A DNA stretch of 64,000 bases from Octopus bimaculoides (taxonomy: Eukaryota): the NCBI RefSeq assembly GCF_001194135.2, contig NC_068990.1:17920138-17984137 (forward strand), written 5' to 3'. The position numbers were made by a program, and so were the translations under genes. Below, piece after piece: positions 59,581 through 64,000 of this stretch (positions are counted from its first letter, which is position 1; each line of letters opens with the position of its first letter). The notes beneath the pieces were generated by a model. That model was not told the DNA's origin, did not search any database, and worked only from the letters and a program-made list of their open reading frames with translations.

Positions 59581-60593
59581 TATTTGAATTATTTTAGTGA
59601 ATGTGATAGTTGAAAGTCTTCACTGCATTACCGTAAAAATCTTCCATAAATGTGTGCGAATTTGGTTTGTTTCCAATATTTTATTTTTCGTAACAATTAT
59701 TGTGCCTAGCATAGCAGCTCATGCTTGTTCAGAGCTCCCTAACCTACGACACTCGGTCTCCCATCTGCAATACGGCCGTGTTACACTTAGGGCAATTTTT
59801 TGATACATTTTAAAATAAATAAAAACGCATCTTATACAACGGGAAATATGGTATATATTATTATGAGAAGTGTGTAAAGTTTGGTTCTAGCAGACTCTAA
59901 GAAGAACATTAAGATACAAAGAAGGTAACGCCCGAAAGCTTTCATGTAACTTTTCTGAGTTTCCTTCGTGAAATTCACGGAAATCTTCTCTTGAAAGGTG
60001 TTTCTACGACGACGTTAATCAATGTTTTCTGCTTTATTAAATGGTAGACTTTTGATTTGTATTAAGATATTTCTTTTGTGACCATAGTAATTGAAAAATG
60101 GTGTACTACAGTTATTTTTCAAAGTAGAAAATCTATTTCAACTATAATTATAAATGTTATATTTTCTAAATATTTTTTCAAAAAATAACTTTTAGCTGTT
60201 ATATTATATATTCTTGACACACCAATTCATTTTCTTTAAAGTTTGACACGTGAAGATCACTTCGGTATATCACAGACGTTATTTTTTTGGCCTTAATTGT
60301 CTTTAATTTTTAAAGCTTATATTCCAACTTAATATGATAGAGTGGTGTCTGTTTCGGTATCTGTATTGCTTTTATTCTTTTACTTGTTTCAGTTATTAGA
60401 CTGTGCCCATGCTGGTGCATCACTTTCAAGGATATACTCGATCAAATCGACTCGGTACTTCATTCTTTTGAAATTCCTGCATTTATTCTATCGGACTCGT
60501 TTTGCCGAACTGCTAATGTTACGGGAACATAAAAACACCAACACTAGTTGGGTTCTCAAGTGGTGTGGAGGGACAAAAACAAAGATTGCACGC

Positions 60594-60624
<31 letters not shown>

Positions 60625-61403
60625 GACGCGCGCGCACGCCTCCCACAAGTTTTTAATTTTTGGGACACAACCTTGAAGGCTTTTGCCAAATAAATCGATT
60701 CCAGTTTTTTTCTAAGCCTGATACTTATTTTATAATTCTCTTTTTGCTGAACCGTTAGGTAATACTTATACACATACATACATACATACATACATACATA
60801 CATACATACATGCGTGTATACGTACGTGTAACGGGCTTCCACATAGCTTCCGCTTACCAAAGTCACCTGAAAAGTATTGGTTTGCCTGGAGCCAAACTAC
60901 AATTGGACTGGACATAAAACCACGTGGTTGTAAAGCTAACTTTTTAACCACACAGCCATACCTGTGCTTATTACACACACACACACACGCGCATTATGTC
61001 TGTCTTTTACGCTCTTCGTTGAAAATCAAGTTTTTGCCACCATTGTAATTGAAAATCGTTGTAATGGTTTTCAACGCAGAAATATTTCAACTTAGCTACG
61101 GCTTTTATAGATTTTATAATTCATTTTAGTTAGTGTATTAGAAATTTCATGAAATATCAATTTGTAAAATTTTGACACATTTGTAAGTCTCTTAACCTCG
61201 ATGATAATTTAATCGTACTTTTTCATTTGTTCACTTTTTCCCAATGAATTGTCTTCTCACCGAGACACATAGCCTAATTAAACTATGTTTAATATGATGA
61301 TATTACACACACACACACACACACGTGTGTGTGTGTTAAATAAAATGAGGCAACAGAGCCAAGGCTGTGTGGAATTTTCATGACATTTATAAAGAGAAAA
61401 TTA

Positions 61404-61451
61404 GTCTTACAGCTGTTTCTGGGACATTAAGGATATCCCTTCATCAGAGAC
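61404..61451 (-). ncRNA. Minimal type I hammerhead ribozyme with intact core (probable PLE tail, ~61345-61770)
   Basis: GUCU-CUGAUGA-A-GGGAUAU(CCUUA)AUGUCCC-A-GAAA-CAGCUG-UA|AGAC: 4-bp stem I, 7-bp stem II, palindromic ACAGCUGU stem III, GUA cleavage triplet. Confidence 0.75.
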
Positions 61452-61992
61452 GATGTGAGATGGTCAAATAGAAGGAAATAGTAGAGTTCAATATAGGGAG
61501 TTATTTTGGAAAAGGATGGAAATAAGAAGTATAAAAGGAAATAAGAGAATAAAAGTAAAAATAAAAATATATGTAGGATGTTATAGTTGCAGTTCCATTA
61601 TCCAAGGAAAGCGGTGTGTAGAAGTGGTAGAAATGCTTCTTGTCCATGGTATGTAAATTCCGATAGGAGTTCATATTTTGTTATTACAAATGGAAAGTGT
61701 GGAGACGTAGATTCAAAGGGCTCTTGTGGTGTGAGTGAGATTTTGAGAATGTAGTGTTAGTATTAAGTAGATAGAGAGGAGAGAAAAGATGCGTATGTTA
61801 AAATGGGGAGAATGGTCCTGAAAATTTCACACAGCATTGGCTTTGTTGTCTCGTTTTATTTAACATATACATGCTCATACAAGACTCCTTACTCGTATTA
61901 TTATCGAACCGAGAGTTTAACTACGGTCCTTCCATAGCACTTACATAGTTTTGCCTGCAACCTTGGGTCTTCTGGATACCAATACCTCTCTC

Positions 61993-62028
<36 letters not shown>

Positions 62029-62036
62029 CTATATAT

Positions 62037-62067
<31 letters not shown>

Positions 62068-62082
62068 GTATACACGCACACA

Positions 62083-62161
<79 letters not shown>

Positions 62162-62800
62162 CTTTTATTTGTTGGTTGGCTTGTTTCATGCCGAGAATTC
62201 TCAGAAGTTATCAAACTTGTCACACAGGGACGTTGCTTCTAATGATCAACAGCTGTTTCAATATTCAATAGCATAAAGCATCACTATTTATATAATTATG
62301 AAATTAAAAACATAATCAATTAAATAATTTGAAACTGAAGTGTTACTCATAACATCGGGAGACGAATTGTTTCTCCTTAAGACACGGGTTACACATCTTT
62401 CGTATTTTGTAATAAATTTCATTATGTATTTTCATTATATTGTATAATTAGTTAAGCAATGCATTACTCAATTATATAGATTAGCAATATAGTATATTAT
62501 TATTTCAATAATTAAATGTTCAATTATATAAATAATGATGTTTTATTTCATTGAAACAGCTGCCGAATATAGTTAAATATTGAACCAAATATAAAATGTA
62601 TGCTTTTCTGCCGTTTATTCTACATATGCTGCTCTCAACCATTATTTTAATCGATTGAGGTCACTGTCAATCTTTTTCACGTTATAGTTAATAAATAATA
62701 AGTATGTCTTCTACTAAAAAGTATTGAATAGTCCTTCAATTTCATGTTAAATTGATTATATATATAACTTGAGATAAAAACAAACAATATGCGCGTGTGT

Positions 62801-63027
62801 GTTATTTCTTTACTATCAACAAGGGGCTACATAGGACAGGGGGACAAACAAGGACAGGCGAACGGATTAAGTCGATTATATCGACTCCAGTGCGTAACTG
62901 GTACTTATTTAATCGACCCCGAAAGGATGAAAGGCAGACCTCGGCGGAATTTGAACTCAGAACGTAGCGGTAGACGAAATACCGCTAAGCATTTCGCCCG
63001 GCGTGCTAACGCTTCTGCCAGCTGCCG
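62801..63027 (-). mobile_element. S2 SINE, full length, CpG intact (young or unmethylated)
   Basis: Minus strand CAGCTGGCAGAAGCGTTAGCACGCCGGGCGAAATGCTTAGCGG...GCCTTTCATCCTTTCGGGGTCGATTAAATAAGTACCAG...GTAAAGAAATA. Confidence 0.92.
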
Positions 63028-63100
63028 CGCGCGCGAATGTGTGTTGATATGTATGTATTTTTAAGATGCAAGTAATTTTTTTATGTGATAGTGTAATAAG

Positions 63101-63134
<34 letters not shown>

Positions 63135-63699
63135 GCAATGTGATAGTCACGACTGAGATACCACAGAAACAGTTATAATCCACTTTTATTTGATTATCAT
63201 TCCGCAATAATAATATTAGTATACTTTATTGAAGCCGTCACAAACCTTCGATCTACATTTACAACAATCTGCTGGTTGCTGACGTCTTGCTCCAATCAAT
63301 CTTGGAAACATAAATGTCAAATAAATGACTGTGGCACTTAATGATAATATATAAACTGGTCGAGGTAAATGGTTGATTTTAATTGATCATATATCTTCAG
63401 TGATACTCAATATGTTTACTTGGAAATTTCACATAATATTCATAATGACATGTTATTTATTGAATATTTAATTATAATTTTATGGTTTTATAATTTTGTA
63501 ATTCTATGCTTATATAATTTTAGAATTTTATAAAATAAAATTATAGACGTGCATAAAGAAATTATTTTGCTCTCTTACTCATTATTATCTCACAGCCGCA
63601 TAGCTATGTCTACGGCTTGAAAAAGTTTGGAGCATTTTATTTTAACGTGAGCGTACATTTTGATTTATTTCCTATCCCTCTCGTTTACATTGCGTGTTA

Positions 63700-63731
<32 letters not shown>

Positions 63732-64000
63732 NNNNNNNNNNNNNNNNNNNNNNNNNNNNNNNNNNNNNNNNNNNNNNNNNNNNNNNNNNNNNNNNNNNNN
63801 NNNNNNNNNNNNNNNNNNNNNNNNNNNNNNNNNNNNNNNNNNNNNNNNNNNNNNNNNNNNNNNNNNNNNNNNNNNNNNNNNNNNNNNNNNNNNNNNNNNN
63901 NNNNNNNNNNNNNNNNNNNNNNNNNNNNNNNNNNNNNNNNNNNNNNNNNNNNNNNNNNNNNNNNNNNNNNNNNNNNNNNNNNNNNNNNNNNNNTATATAT

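Noticed and set aside
59628-59852. Tc2/pogo-type MITE (right end GCATCTTATACAACGGGAAATATGG|TA)
   Set aside because: The left terminus matches too weakly to define an element.

Overview
AT-rich, microsatellite-dense animal genomic DNA with many N gaps. The repeat repertoire (tRNA-headed SINEs, RTE tails ending in (GAT)n, Penelope, mariner, Helitron, CR1, Tx1) looks like an octopus/coleoid cephalopod scaffold; this is an inference from recalled repeat families. One host gene is supportable: an intact 107-aa PLAC8/cornifelin-family ORF (13958-14281, minus) with no intron in the CDS. Everything else is transposon-derived or simple repeat. The most notable structure is a 570-bp Penelope-like insertion (31861-32430) with a 20-bp TSD and 105-bp inverted arms that each carry a minimal type I hammerhead ribozyme. 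Between its GIY-YIG C-terminus and the ribozyme tail lies a tRNA-Arg-like Pol III cassette, suggesting a tRNA-headed, ribozyme-tailed, Penelope-mobilised SINE-like RNA. Two more hammerhead cores occur at 49203-49238 and 61404-61451. Also present: a 200-bp MITE (8-bp TSD) whose arms are head-to-head telomeric TTAGGG/CCCTAA repeats, a pre-miRNA-like hairpin upstream of the PLAC8 gene, and foldback-like diverged repeat arrays. All analysis was by eye; boundaries of decayed elements are approximate.
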